Below are positions 27,827 through 39,731 of a DNA stretch of 64,000 nt, piece after piece (within the stretch, counting starts at the first letter, position 1; each line of letters opens with the position of its first letter). The stretch spans positions 21,640,001 through 21,704,000 of the forward strand of contig NC_087245.1 of NCBI RefSeq assembly GCF_037042905.1, given 5' to 3'. The notes beneath the pieces were generated by a model. The model was not told the DNA's origin, searched no databases, and saw only the letters and a program-made list of their open reading frames with translations. Source of the DNA: Lytechinus pictus. Lineage: Eukaryota. A program made the position numbers and the translations under genes.

Positions 27827-28724
27827 TATGGTGATTTAGGTCTAGTTTCACCAATTTTTATTAATTTTTGTAAAGCGCCCAAACTAAAGTACATGGGCAA
27901 GTTTTATGTTTACCCCCATTTTTTATCAAATTTCCTAATTTTACTTTAATTCATATCAGTCAAATTGAAGAAAATTAAGAGCAAGAGCATTCACTTACCC
28001 CGTCTGTTTACGTCGCCATTTTCCATTCTTTTGTATACAAATAATGCATGCAGCCGAGTGCGTTAGTGGAAATGCAGAGCATGCGAGGTTTCTTTAGATA
28101 GGTGCCGCACTGTGCACGAGCCGCTGGCGGCGAGTGCCCAGTGTGCACCATCTGAAGAAACCGAGCTTTCTCTGTATTTACTTTTACGCACGACAGAGCA
28201 AGTGCATTATTTGTTTTATAAAATAGCAACACAGAAACAAATTCTTAAAAAGTTACAGTACAGTTTTGTTGGACTTCTCCCGGGACTTCTACCGCATTGG
28301 TTTGCTTGAGCGTGCAATGTCAATTTTCGTTGCGCACCTTTTGCACTGCCGTGCCGTGCACCAAAAAAGTTGGATGTCATGTGACGCGTATTGGCCAATC
28401 GCGATGCTTGAAATAATACACCTATTTTATAATTATCGATACCTAGATACCACACGCGTGGAGAGCTGCAACTTAGATTTAAAAAATACTTGCATTTGCC
28501 GATTAATATCACGATTTGTAAAATATTTGTTTTGGTTGATAAATATAAAGTAATTTATATGATATTTATTGATTAAAACAAATATTTTACGATTCCTGAT
28601 ATCTATCGGCAGATGCAAGTAATTTTTTTATCCAAGTTGGCAGCTCTACAGTGTAGAGCTGCCAACTTGGATTAAAAAAATTTACAAATATAAAAATTGG
28701 TGAAACTAGACCTAAATCACCATG
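27827..28724. mobile_element. P-like non-autonomous element with 34-bp perfect TIR
   Basis: atggtgatttaggtctagtttcaccaatttttat inverted at 28690-28723; (C/T)ATGG terminus; degenerate 8-bp flanks agtaggcc/ggtaatcc. Superfamily call is tentative. Confidence 0.65.
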
Positions 28725-29491
28725 GGTAATCCTGGCCTCTACAGCGAGGCATATATAGCCGACCCAGGCATTTTGGGAGTAAGCGTACGATAGTACTATG
28801 ATTTTTACTCCCCAGACGCCTCCAGGCTACATTGACCCACACGAAGGAAGCCAAAACATGAAACTTTCACCCCCGAGATTTTATACTTTCCTTCTAAAAG
28901 ATCTAGCCCTAAATCATGTACATGGGATAAACTTCATTTCCGACATTTCTACGCTCTCGTTGTTATTTTTGAAGAAGAATTCATCAAAAAAATGAGAAAA
29001 ATATTGTGAAAAGACAGAAGAGACTTGCCCGATGTTTACGCCGCCATCTTGCTTCCTATTGTTCTTCGCCAACGTTACCCGACGCACGCGTCTGTAAATT
29101 TTTATAATGTGACATTTTATGTACAAAAAATGATCCGAAAATCTGTTTTCCGTCGAATGTTAGATCTAACGTTACTGCTAATACATTGGCTATACCTACG
29201 GGCCAACAACTCTTCAGTCTATGTATTGGTGAGTAAAGCCAACGCAGTTCAGCGGAACAACCAAAATACAGATACTGAAGCTTTCGGTCTACTCGTTGAC
29301 AATATACCAAGCGAGCTTTCAACTTCCCTAATTTTTTGTCTAATGAGCTAAAGAGGGCACTCAGTTTATCTTCATATCAAAGGCACTACAAGTACAAGGG
29401 AAAGACCAGGCACAAAAACTATTAGGTAGTTGACAAAAAATGAAAATCATCAAATATCAATAAAGTTGGTATCATTTGAAAGCTCATAAAG

Positions 29492-29699
29492 AGACCTTTT
29501 AAATGATACCAAGAACTCTAATTTTCATCAAGAAATTATAAAGTTATTCCAGTTTAAGTCGCACATATTCATCCAAATTTATGGTCATTGACATAAAAAG
29601 ACCTTTTAAATGATACAAAGAACTCTAATTTTCATCAAGAAATTATGAGGTTATTCCAGTTTAAGTCGCACATATTCATCCAAATTAATGGTCATTGAC
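29492..29699 (+). repeat. About 107-bp tandem duplication
   Basis: agaccttttaaatgatac...atggtcattgac twice. Confidence 0.85.
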
Positions 29700-30639
29700 T
29701 TAATGTAAAGTCAATGGAATACAAAACCGATTTTTGTGACCATTTTGAACCCAAGTCTTCAACAGGCTCTAACTTTGTTTTTGAGCACTTTCAACTAATT
29801 TAGGTATCAATGGAAAGGTGAGAGATAGCTCAGTTGATGTGTAATCATGTCACTTTGTAATTTTTCTTCTTAATATGTATAAAATAATTTCTTCTAATTA
29901 ATTTAAATTAATTATGCAAATTACGCAAAATAACATTTACTCGCCTCTTTTTTACCAAATTAAGGTGATCATGAAATATAATTTATATAATTCAGTTGGC
30001 ATCAAAACAGCACCATGTAGATAATTTCCTAAATGAATTTGTTCAAAGTAATTGTTTTTGTAATTTCTAATGTATTTCTTTGTTTTTCTGATATAAATTA
30101 CGAGCTCTTATTCAACTTTAGTATTGTATACATGTATGTACAGGGGGTCTTTTTTTACATATGAACATTATCATTTCTTTTGTACTTTGTATGACTAAAT
30201 GAAAATACGAGTGTGCTATTTTCTGATGTATTTGAATGTTTCACCAATTCTTTATGTATTCTACTGTCTTTTGTTATACATGTTGGGTCATTCCATCTGG
30301 ATTCACCCCGACCCTCTCAGTTTTTTTTGTAAATTGGTACACATAAAATATGGCCCAAGCACAAAACAAAAAAATTAGTCCAATCGGTCCGTTAGTTCTA
30401 GTGCTACAGCCCGCCCTTTTCTCCTTGTTTTGACAAAAATGGGCATGACCTTCAACTTTCAATGGCCATTGCGTCGTAACGTGTTGACCAATTTTCACGA
30501 AACTGGTACCATTCAAAAGGAAATTCAGAGAGGAATCCAAAACATGCATTAAATAATGCATTGGAGCTATTTATAGGGTCATGAACTTTGACCTTGAGTT
30601 TGACCCCCCCCCCGGATAAATAATTTTTTAACTTGATTT

Positions 30640-32708
30640 TTGTCTCACCTGCGTAGCAGAGTGAGACTATACATGTAGGCGCCGCTTTTGCGGCGGCGTC
30701 AACACCAAATCTTAACCTGAGGTTAAGTTTTTGAAATGACAGCATAACTTAGAAAGTATGGACCTAGTTCATGAAACTTGGCCATAAGGTTAATCAAGTA
30801 TTACTGAACATCCTGCCTGAGTTTCATTTCACATGACCAAGGTCAAAGGTCATTTAGGGTCAATGAACTTAGACCATGTTGGGGGAATCAACATCAAAAT
30901 CTTAACCTAAGGTTAAGTTTTTGAAATGTCATCATAACTTAGAAAATATATGGACCTAGTTCATGAAACTTATACATAAGGTTAGTCAAGTATCACTGAA
31001 CATCCTGCATGAGTTTCACGTCACATGACCAAGGTCAAAGGTCATTTAGTGTCAATGAACTTTGGCCGAATTGGGGGTATCTGTTGAATTACCATCATAA
31101 CTTTGAATGTTTATGGATCTGATTCATGAAACTTGGACATAATAGTAATCAAGTATTACTGAACATCCTGTGTAAGTTTCAGGTCACATGATCAAGGTCA
31201 AAGGTCATTTAGGGTCAATGAACTTTGGCCAAATTGGGGTATTTGTTGAATTACCATCATAACTATGAAAGTATGTTTGTCTAGTTCATAAAACTTGGAC
31301 ATAAGAGTAATCAAGTATCACCGAACATCCTGTGCGCATTTTAGGTCTCATGACCAAAGTCAAAGGTCAATGAACTTTGGCCATAATGGGGGTATCTTAC
31401 ATGGATTATCATGATTGATATATATTTCTTTAATAGCATACACTGAAACTAAACAAAGCAAACACTTTACGACCTTCTAAATATTATGAAAGATGTCTTG
31501 CAAAAAATTCCATGTGTTAAACGAATGGGGAAAATGAAATTTCATCAAAATTTATAATTAACTGGATATAAACCAAAGTAAGTAAATTTTAATGGATTAT
31601 TATGATTGATATATATTTCTATTATAGTATATGATTAAACAAAAACATAAAAAAAAACTTTATGACCTTATAATGATGAAAGATTTAATTAATAACTTAA
31701 TTAACAATAATTAATGTTATTTATTACAAATCCTAACTTTATTATCAGCCTTTTACCAATATTCAACCACTGATATAATATTATTTATCCCAGTTTACAA
31801 TATCTTTGCTCCTTATTGAAAAATAACCCTAATTAGAATTACATAGAAATCCTATGGTGTGTTCCGTACGTCACGCATTTGTCCCGTACGTCACAAAGCT
31901 TAATTAGCTGATATAATTAAACATGAAATTATTTCAGTAAATTCAATTTAATTGTATTTAATTGTATAGTAATATAAATTAGAACTCTCCAAAGTGTGAA
32001 GAAAATTGTTCAACTTTTTCTTAATTAGAATCTCAAAAAACATATGCTAAATTGTGACATACGGGACACTGCCTGTTGGACACCAGATAATTAACATAAA
32101 CTTAGCACAACAAGTCCCAACAGAAATATTTTCAAATATATAATTTGTATTATCTGCAGATCAAAAAAGATGATGTCCCGTACGTCACTCTAATTAATGA
32201 GTTCTTGGAATCGTGACCTTGGCATTCATTAACTTTCCGTTTTCAGAAGAAAAAAAATATAGGGCTAAAAACTTCAGAGTATAAGCTTTAAAATGACATA
32301 CAATATGTTAGATTTAGGAAAGATTTAATTTTGGCTTCAGAGGGGACAATAGCTTGGACCTGCCCTGAATTACCATCATAACTTTGAAAGTTTATGGATC
32401 TGATTCATGAAACTTGGACATAATAGTAATCAAGTATCACTGAACATCCTGTGCAAGTTTCAGGTCACCTGATCAAGGTCAAAGGTCATTTAGGGTCAAT
32501 GAACTTTGGCCACGTTGGGGGTATTTGTTGAATTACCATCATACATGTATCTCTGTAAGTGTATTGGTCTAGTTCATTAAACGTGGAAATAAGAGTAACA
32601 AAGTATCACTGAACATCTTGTGCGAGTTATAGTAATTTTTAAAAATCAGCATTGTTGCTATATTGAATCGCGTTATGCAGGTGAGACCGCCAGAGGCATT
32701 CCACTTGT
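30640..32708 (+). mobile_element. HINE/Tsp-like element, family 1, with about 175-bp tandem core and an internal insertion at 31399-32367
   Basis: subTIR gtctcacctgc / gcaggtgagac, 5' palindrome, T-run insertion site; homologous to 2350-3991. Confidence 0.8.
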
Positions 32709-33599
32709 TGTGTACATGTTAATTATCAGTATGATATTGACAAAATATGTTAAAACCAATGATGATATTTTATTTCTTCACCTTTTAAAGCTCTTCCAAA
32801 TATACCAGTTATCTGATCTGATATTTCTCTCTGTTTAATTTTAGGTCTACGCTCCAGATTTTGACTTGATCTCTACAATACCCCTAACTACCATGTCTAC
32901 TGCAGCAACTCTGTTAGATCAGCTTAGCTCATCCCCCGCCAAACACAGACAATCAAGAATTTAAGCTCGTCTCAATAGTACAGATCAGAACAAGGTGAGC
33001 AAAAGAGATGGAAAAATAGTATTAAAGGGGAAGTTTACCCAGAAAAAGGGTTTATTCTATTAAGAATAACAGAAATTATAAAAACTATTGCTGAAGGTTT
33101 GAGGAAAATCCATAGAAGGATTAAAGCATTACTAGAATTTTAATTATTTGATTTGTGACGTCATTTGCGAGCAGATATCCTGCATATCATGTCATTTTCT
33201 CAGAAAATTGAAAATGGTTTATATATTTTGTCCCCTTCCACAGGGTTCTTTATTTTCAAAGAGCATGATTACACTGTATTGAACATTTACAATTTTTTCA
33301 GACAAACATTAAATAAACATGGTACATGTATATACATAATTCCTAATACATAGACACATATTCAAAGTGACTTATTTATACAATCAATAAATTGTTACAG
33401 TCAAAGCAAAATTGGCAAGAAAAATAAGAGATCTGATACATATATCTAAGAAATAAACATTGGTAATAATAAAGTTTGTTAATGTGACAGATTGCCAGCT
33501 TGTTCGGAAAAGTTTTTCAAACGATACCATTTCTTTCTGAACTTATTTGCTCTGAAATATTTTTTCCATTTCATAATAACGTTTTAAGGCTGACACAAT

Positions 33600-34250
33600 G
33601 GGTGATTTCAAGTTCGGTGTTGGTGTTGGTGTTGAGAGCGTGAAAAGGCTGCTGAACCGAGCCCCAACACCGAGCTGAGTTCAGAGGAGCGATACCGATC
33701 ACGTTATCGATATCCTATGACGTCACGCCTCTGCGCTGCGCTGCTGAACATCTCAACTTTACGCGAGAAATTCTCGACGACGAAAGTGAAATCGGGAAGA
33801 AATTGCAGTAAAATCTTAACGTACAGAATGCACAGGTTAAAATCACTGCAATAATCAGAAAGTATAAATATTATTTTTCATTAAAATGTGTAAAACTCTA
33901 ATGATTTGCGCTCATCTTAACTGTAATAGATAATTTTACGGGGGTGTTTCATTGTGTTCGCCTCCTGTTCGTGAACTACTGTTCATCAACACCAACACCA
34001 AACTTGAAATCACGATATCCCCAGGGATGTTGGTGAATAGGGAAATTGCACGTAGATCGTCAACACCAGCTGTAATGCTCGGTTCAGCAGACAACATTCA
34101 ACACCAGAGCTCAACACAAACTACCGGAAATACGTCATATTTTCCGAGGTCAATCCCAACACCAGCGTGATTTCAAGTACGGTGTTGTAGCTGGTGTTGG
34201 TGTTGTCCCAACACCAACACCAGATTCCAACACCGTACTTGAAATCACCC
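33600..34250. mobile_element. MITE with GGGTGATTTCAAGT TIR, AAT TSD
   Basis: aat|gggtgatttcaagt...acttgaaatcaccc|aat; ggtgtt repeats; short relative at about 43493-43726. Confidence 0.85.
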
Positions 34251-34307
34251 AATTGTGGTACATGTAAATGAAGGTAACCCTTTTCTCAATTTCGCTAAAT
34301 ATATCTC

Positions 34308-35141
34308 TTTTTGTCTCGCCCACCAGAGGTGAAGGCGAGACTTAGGGATCCAAATGTCGTCCGTCTGTCGTCCGTCCGTCACAAACCTAATGACACATAA
34401 ATCCACATTCGTAAGTCGCTTTTCAACCAAACTTGGATGATAGATGGACTTGGGGGACCTGCATGTTATGCTGCAGTCGGAGGTCACATGGTAAGGTCAA
34501 AGGTCATTTTCAGGTCAACGTTAAAGTTTACATGCAAGTCTCTCTTATGACACCTAACTCCGCAACCGTAAGTCACTTTTCAACCAAACTTGGATGGTAG
34601 ATGGACTTGAGGGACCTTCATGTTATGTTGCAGTCGGAGGTTGCATGGTAAGGTCAAAGGTCATTTTCAGGTCAACGTTAAAGTTTACATGCAAGACTCT
34701 TACGACACCTAACTCCGCAACCATTAGTCACTTTTCAACCAAACTTGGAGTGTAGGTGGACTTGAAGGACCTGCATGTTATGCTGCAGTCGGAGGTCACA
34801 TGGTTAGGTCAAAGGTCATTTTCAGGTCAATGTTAAAGTTTACATGCAAGACTCTCTTATGACACCTAACTCCGCAACCGTAAGTCACTTTTCAACAAAA
34901 CTTGGATGGTAGATTTACTTTGGCGACCTGCATGTTAGGCTGCAGTCGGAGGTCACATGGTATGGTCAAAGATCATTTCAGGTCAACATTAGAATTTACG
35001 TGCAAGGCTCTTATGACAAGTGTTATTTTATCCCGGTCATTTCACAAAGTTTCAATACAATTCTGTTGCGTGCCCTCGCAAATCACGATATTTCTGGTTA
35101 TTTTCATAAGTGGGTGAGACACAAAATCGCTTTTGCCTTGT
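34308..35141 (+). mobile_element. HINE/Tsp-like element, family 2
   Basis: subTIR tgtctcgcccac / gtgggtgagaca, (CGTC)n microsatellite, about 4 x 156-bp tandem core. Confidence 0.85.
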
Positions 35142-36358
35142 CTTAAGATCATCATGACACAGTTAAAAGCATTATTTGTACCACAAAATCCAAACAATTT
35201 GTTTTCATTGGTTAATATGATCACCTCTTGACTCTTGAGTATTTTGAAATATCCATGATTCTATTCTCGACCATACTACATTAGGATGAGTACAAAGGCA
35301 AAATATTTGCGTAATAGTTTCATCATTTTCAATATAAATAGTACATTTCATATTTGCTACTAGATACCAAATTTCAACAGAGAATCATTCATATACAATA
35401 TTTTGTTTAAAATTTTAATTTGAAAGAGCCTTACATTCTTCAACTTTAAAGTTAAGAAAAGAGCGATATATATTCAAGCAACCTCCGTGTGTTTTCACAA
35501 CAAGGTGGAAAGCTTCAGGAATGATTGGTTCAATAGATGTAGTAATTATATGTGAATCCGTGGGAAAACCAGACCTAATTGCATCACAAAGACCGTAATA
35601 CTGTATAAAATTGGTTTTATACCATAAGCACATTGAAGTTCAAAGTATGGAAAGAAGGTACCAACTGTTCTAAGAAGGTCATTAACAAAGTGTATTCCTT
35701 GTAAATCCGAAGACCTGAAATAGATTGATTTGTTATTTATTTTTATTTGAGGGTTATTCCAGAGAGGCTGACAGGCTATGTCACCAATTAACAATTCAAG
35801 CAAGTAAAACTTCTTCTCAAAATGGATTGTAATTCGTGTGTCTGCACATGCTCTGTAATAATGTGAGCCCATGTACAAGTGAAGGTTGAGTGTTTGGATA
35901 AGAAAACATTGAACATATGAAAAGTAAAACTGTTTTGAGAATCATTTAAAAATCATCTTATCCATGAAATCTTCAGAGATTTAGCATGTATGAAAATATC
36001 TATCATTTTAACCCTGCCTTTATCTTACAGTTGACACATTTGCCTTCTACTTATTTTATCAGGTTTGTTTCCCCATATAAATGCATAAAATGAACAATTT
36101 ATGTCTTTCATAGTTTCATTATTGCTTGACTTGGTTTATATTATACCTTCAGTATTATCAATATACAAATCATTTCACAAAATTCACACCCATTCCTAAG
36201 AAATAACAAATAAAAATAGTCGATCACAAACCATTAAAAAATTAAAATGTATGGATTTATAATACCATACCATATGGGACAGCTGCTCATACATATGTGA
36301 TGTCACAAATCTACAATTTAAAATTCTAGTAACTTAATCTTTTATTGATTTTCCTTAA

Positions 36359-36700
36359 CCCTATCTAGGCCGGGGGGGGGGCCTCCGAGGCCCCCCCTCA
36401 ATGAGTCGAGCAATATTTTCGCCGCGCAAATTTTTTTGACCGCGCTGCTCGCTGACTTTTTACTTTCAAGTCTTGCACAACTTTTGAGACAAATTTTGCG
36501 TCACCCGGGTACGCGGTTCCAAATTTACTTCACGTTATGTAAGTGCATGTCAGACCAAAAATTGCTCAAAAACGTGATTTCGTGTACAAAGTCAATGTAC
36601 ATGTAAATTGTGTTTTCAACCAAAAATCATAAATGTATGATTATTTTTAGTTTTGCTGGTCTAAATGTATGTATTTTATGCTGTTTATGATCTTAGAAGA
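36359..36700. mobile_element. piggyBac-like element end (truncated)
   Basis: TTAA|CCCT terminus followed by gggggggcctccgaggccccccc hairpin. Confidence 0.5.
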
Positions 36701-37741
36701 GTCACACTTATTCGGAATCAGCAGGAATCGAGCAGAACCAGCCGGAATGAAGAACTTTCAAAATTCGTGCCACATTCGGGAGGGAATTTGAAATTTTCAC
36801 TACTTTTGCAAAAATGTCGTTCGAATACTTAGAACGTCCTTCGATCCCGCCTCGAATGATTCTTGCACATTCCGGGTGTGTTGACTGTCGAATGCAGCTC
36901 AAATACAGTCGGAACACAGGAAGAATATTAAGAATGCTGTTAGAATGCAGCAAGAATATTTAGAATACACTTCGAATACCGTACGAGTGCGGTTTGATTG
37001 CTTCCCGTATATGTACTGCCCGAAGTCTGGTTGGAAGGTACCTCGATTGAATTCAGAACGCTGCCGGAAAGGTCGCCGAGTTCGGTTCAAACTTTCACGA
37101 ATTCAAATAGAATGCACCTCAAATACTTAAAATGTACTTCGAATGTACTTAGAATGCAACACGAATGTCCCAAACTTATCAAGAATGCCGCCGGAATGGT
37201 CCCAGATATGCTATAAAATGCTTCCGAATCTAGCATTTTCATCAGTCTAGCCCATAACCACCACAGAGTATGGACCTCCTGGACCCAATTACTTTGCTCC
37301 AGATTGCTGTCCTCCAGCAAGAACTGCTTGAGAGAGATGTGGAGGACGCCAGGAGAAGAAAAAGGAGGAGAAGACCCAGAAGATATGCTGACCGGGTGAC
37401 TTCTACTGCCAAATGACGTTACAACAGCAGCTGGCCGCGTTTTATGCGATTCGGTTTTCTCTAGAATGCGATCAGAATGCCTCGAATGCTCTTAGAATGT
37501 CGTAAGAATATTTAGAATGCAGTCAGAATGCACTTCGAATGTCGTTCGATATTTCTCCACTTCGAATGCACTTCGAAAGTTTTGAACATGAGCAAAACAT
37601 TCGGGCCGGTCACAAGAATGGACCCGAATGTCTGGAATGCACTCAGAATGCAGTCAGAATTTTTAGAATGCGCTTCGAATATCCAGGAATGTACCAAGAA
37701 TTTTCATTCCGGCTCATTCCGCCTCTAGTGTGACGGGGGTT
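36701..37741 (+). mobile_element. Internally deleted PIF/Harbinger element retaining the transposase N-terminus
   Basis: gtcacact / agtgtgacgggggt termini (related to 2425-3102); many (t)cgaat/agaatg subterminal repeats; ORF 37270-37416 MDLLDPITLLQIAVLQQELLERDVEDARRRKRRRRPRRY... Confidence 0.65.
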
Positions 37742-37960
37742 TTAAATAGGGGAGACAAATGCCTAATAAAGCGTCTCCACAAGATGTCCAAGCTCGGTCC
37801 AACAGCAAATAGCTTGTTGTTGCTGCACATTCACTGACCGATCTTGACCGACACTGACTCTGACTAACTCGTGGTCATCAGGGTCGGATATTTGGGGGGG
37901 ATATTACGTGCGCACCATGCGTAATGTTCGCAAGTATGCGCAGAGGTGAGCAGGGGGCTA

Positions 37961-38794
37961 TATTATACAAATATACCGGGTTTGAGAAAGTAGAGTAAAA
38001 ATATTTTTGTCCGAAGTTGGTTCGGCAATTACTATTTTTCCCGAAGAACGCGAGCCCCGAGGGAAAATAGTAACATTGCTGGACCAACCGAGGATGAAAT
38101 ATTTCCACTACACTTTTGAAAGAAACTCCCGGTATATTTGTTTTATATCCCTTCCATAATTAAAGTTTGAACAAAAATATTGGTAATCTAGTCCTAATTG
38201 GCCCATCTCCATGATCTGGACAAAATCTAGATCAGCTTAGCTTTAATTTAAGAAAAATTGGCTTATCACTCTATGCTAGCCGGTTCCTGAATAAACTGCG
38301 CGCGGCTACCGTCGGCTCCCAAGCATCACTCAGGGTGGTTTGGTGTTGCGCGGCGGCTGTACTAGTGAGATCGACCGGTTGTGAAGGTTGTGAACTAACC
38401 CTGTTGAACTAAAATCAAGCAGCCTGAATCATTGGATGATCGAATGATGATACAGATTCATTATAAACAAGCAAGATGTGATTTCACATTGACAGTTTAT
38501 TTATTGGAGAGTTTGTGATTCTGCGTCTGCGATTTCTGTGAGTCTGCGCTCAGCGGTCCGCTGATAAAGCGTCTGCGGCGTTGCATCACTAGACTTGCCC
38601 TGTGGAGGCAATCCATCGTGCACTGTGCCCGTGTGATTGTGCGGTTTTCAGTCGGATGCAAAAACTATTCTACTCTGACATCACAAACTTTTTTGATCTT
38701 CGATGAAATTCATTTTTCTGGTGAAATTATGATTAGTCACGTGAAGGGCTCTCGACCAATCAAATAGCAACAAATTTTCAGTAAGGGATATAAT
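37961..38794 (-). mobile_element. Crypton-like non-autonomous element (tentative)
   Basis: Terminal hairpin acaaatataccggg...cccggtatatttgt, short IR tatatccctt/aagggatata, gaccaatc motif, no TSD. Confidence 0.4.
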
Positions 38795-39205
38795 AGTACA
38801 TACTAGTAGTCTGTATCGCCGGTTATATGAGCATTCAGGCGACATTGTTTAATTATTGTTTATGCTACAATAGCATATAACATGCTATCTATTCTCTAAA
38901 AATTATGTCCTGATTGGCAAAGAAATTGTCAGGCCACCATTAATATATTAACCTCAGAGGCAGGCTAGTAAAATTATATCATTGATACAAATTCATACTT
39001 TATCACATCTAAAATCTATTAAGCAGAATGGAAATGCAATAATTTAACAGTCCATTTGAGCCATTTTGTAATTAATTCATGTATTAATTTTGTTCAATTC
39101 AGCCTGATGATGCCCACTCATATGTGGAGCCCCTGCTACCAGGACCAATCTCACCGACACATGGCCCCGATGACTAGACTGCGGCAGCTCTGGACATCAG
39201 ATCAG

Positions 39206-39355
39206 GGGCCTGTTTCATAAAGAGTTTCAAGTAACATCGCCATTATGGCAACTACCATGATGACAACACTCAACAGCCAGATATGTTAATGATTTCCATG
39301 GAAGTTACAATAATGGCAATGTTAAGATAGTTGTAAGTCTTTAAGAAACGGACCC
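39206..39355. mobile_element. Harbinger-like MITE inserted in a locus B exon
   Basis: cag|gggcctgtttcataaaga...tctttaagaaacggaccc|cgg; relatives at 54671-54830, 57002-57161, about 45808-45939 and about 53517-53655. Confidence 0.75.
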
Positions 39356-39731
39356 CGGATCATCAGCTCAGCTCACCTGCAAAGCTCGGACGTGTAGCAA
39401 CCAGACCGATCGGGACAAGTCAAGGTAAGCAAAAACTTTAAATGTAAAAATATCACATCTGTTGTCTATGCTACATTGGAGCTACATAATATTATACTTG
39501 GACACCAATCAATGTAGGAATTGAGTTGAACTCTTGTTTTAACCTATTTAATTAATTATACATGGCTTTGTCCCAGCTCTGTGGCTATGTCTTCTTGTCT
39601 TACATATCCAGCTATAAAGGAAAGGCTGCTTGCGATGGAATTATCAACTAATGTTATGTATAAAGGCATAAGGAGCATTACGTGCTTAGACCTAATACGG
39701 TTCCACCAAAGCATCTCAAGAAAGAATTCTA

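Larger units (their letters stand above)
24546..28829. mobile_element. Foldback DNA element (TAGCCTGG termini, 8-bp TSD) expanded to 4.3 kb by nested insertions
   Basis: About 100-bp inverted arms 24546-24663 / 28737-28829; perfect TSD cattgacc at 24538-24545 and 28830-28837. Confidence 0.9.
33250..36190 (-). mobile_element. 5'-truncated Tx1/L1-like LINE (ORF2 C-terminal half), degenerate, inserted in a TTAA-type MITE that begins about 33026
   Basis: PLWNNPQIKINNKSIYF...GIHFVNDLL...GTFFPYFELQCAYGIK / TNFIQYYGL is typical of the Tx1/L1 ORF2 tail; the peptide continues across two nested insertions. Confidence 0.75.

Noticed and set aside
30700..35000. Regularly spaced repeats resembling a CRISPR array
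   Set aside because: Whole 156-175-bp units repeat with no unique spacers; no cas genes; eukaryotic HINE context.
36708..37733. Cluster of overlapping 60-80-aa ORFs
   Set aside because: Produced by stop-poor subterminal repeats of the Harbinger derivative.
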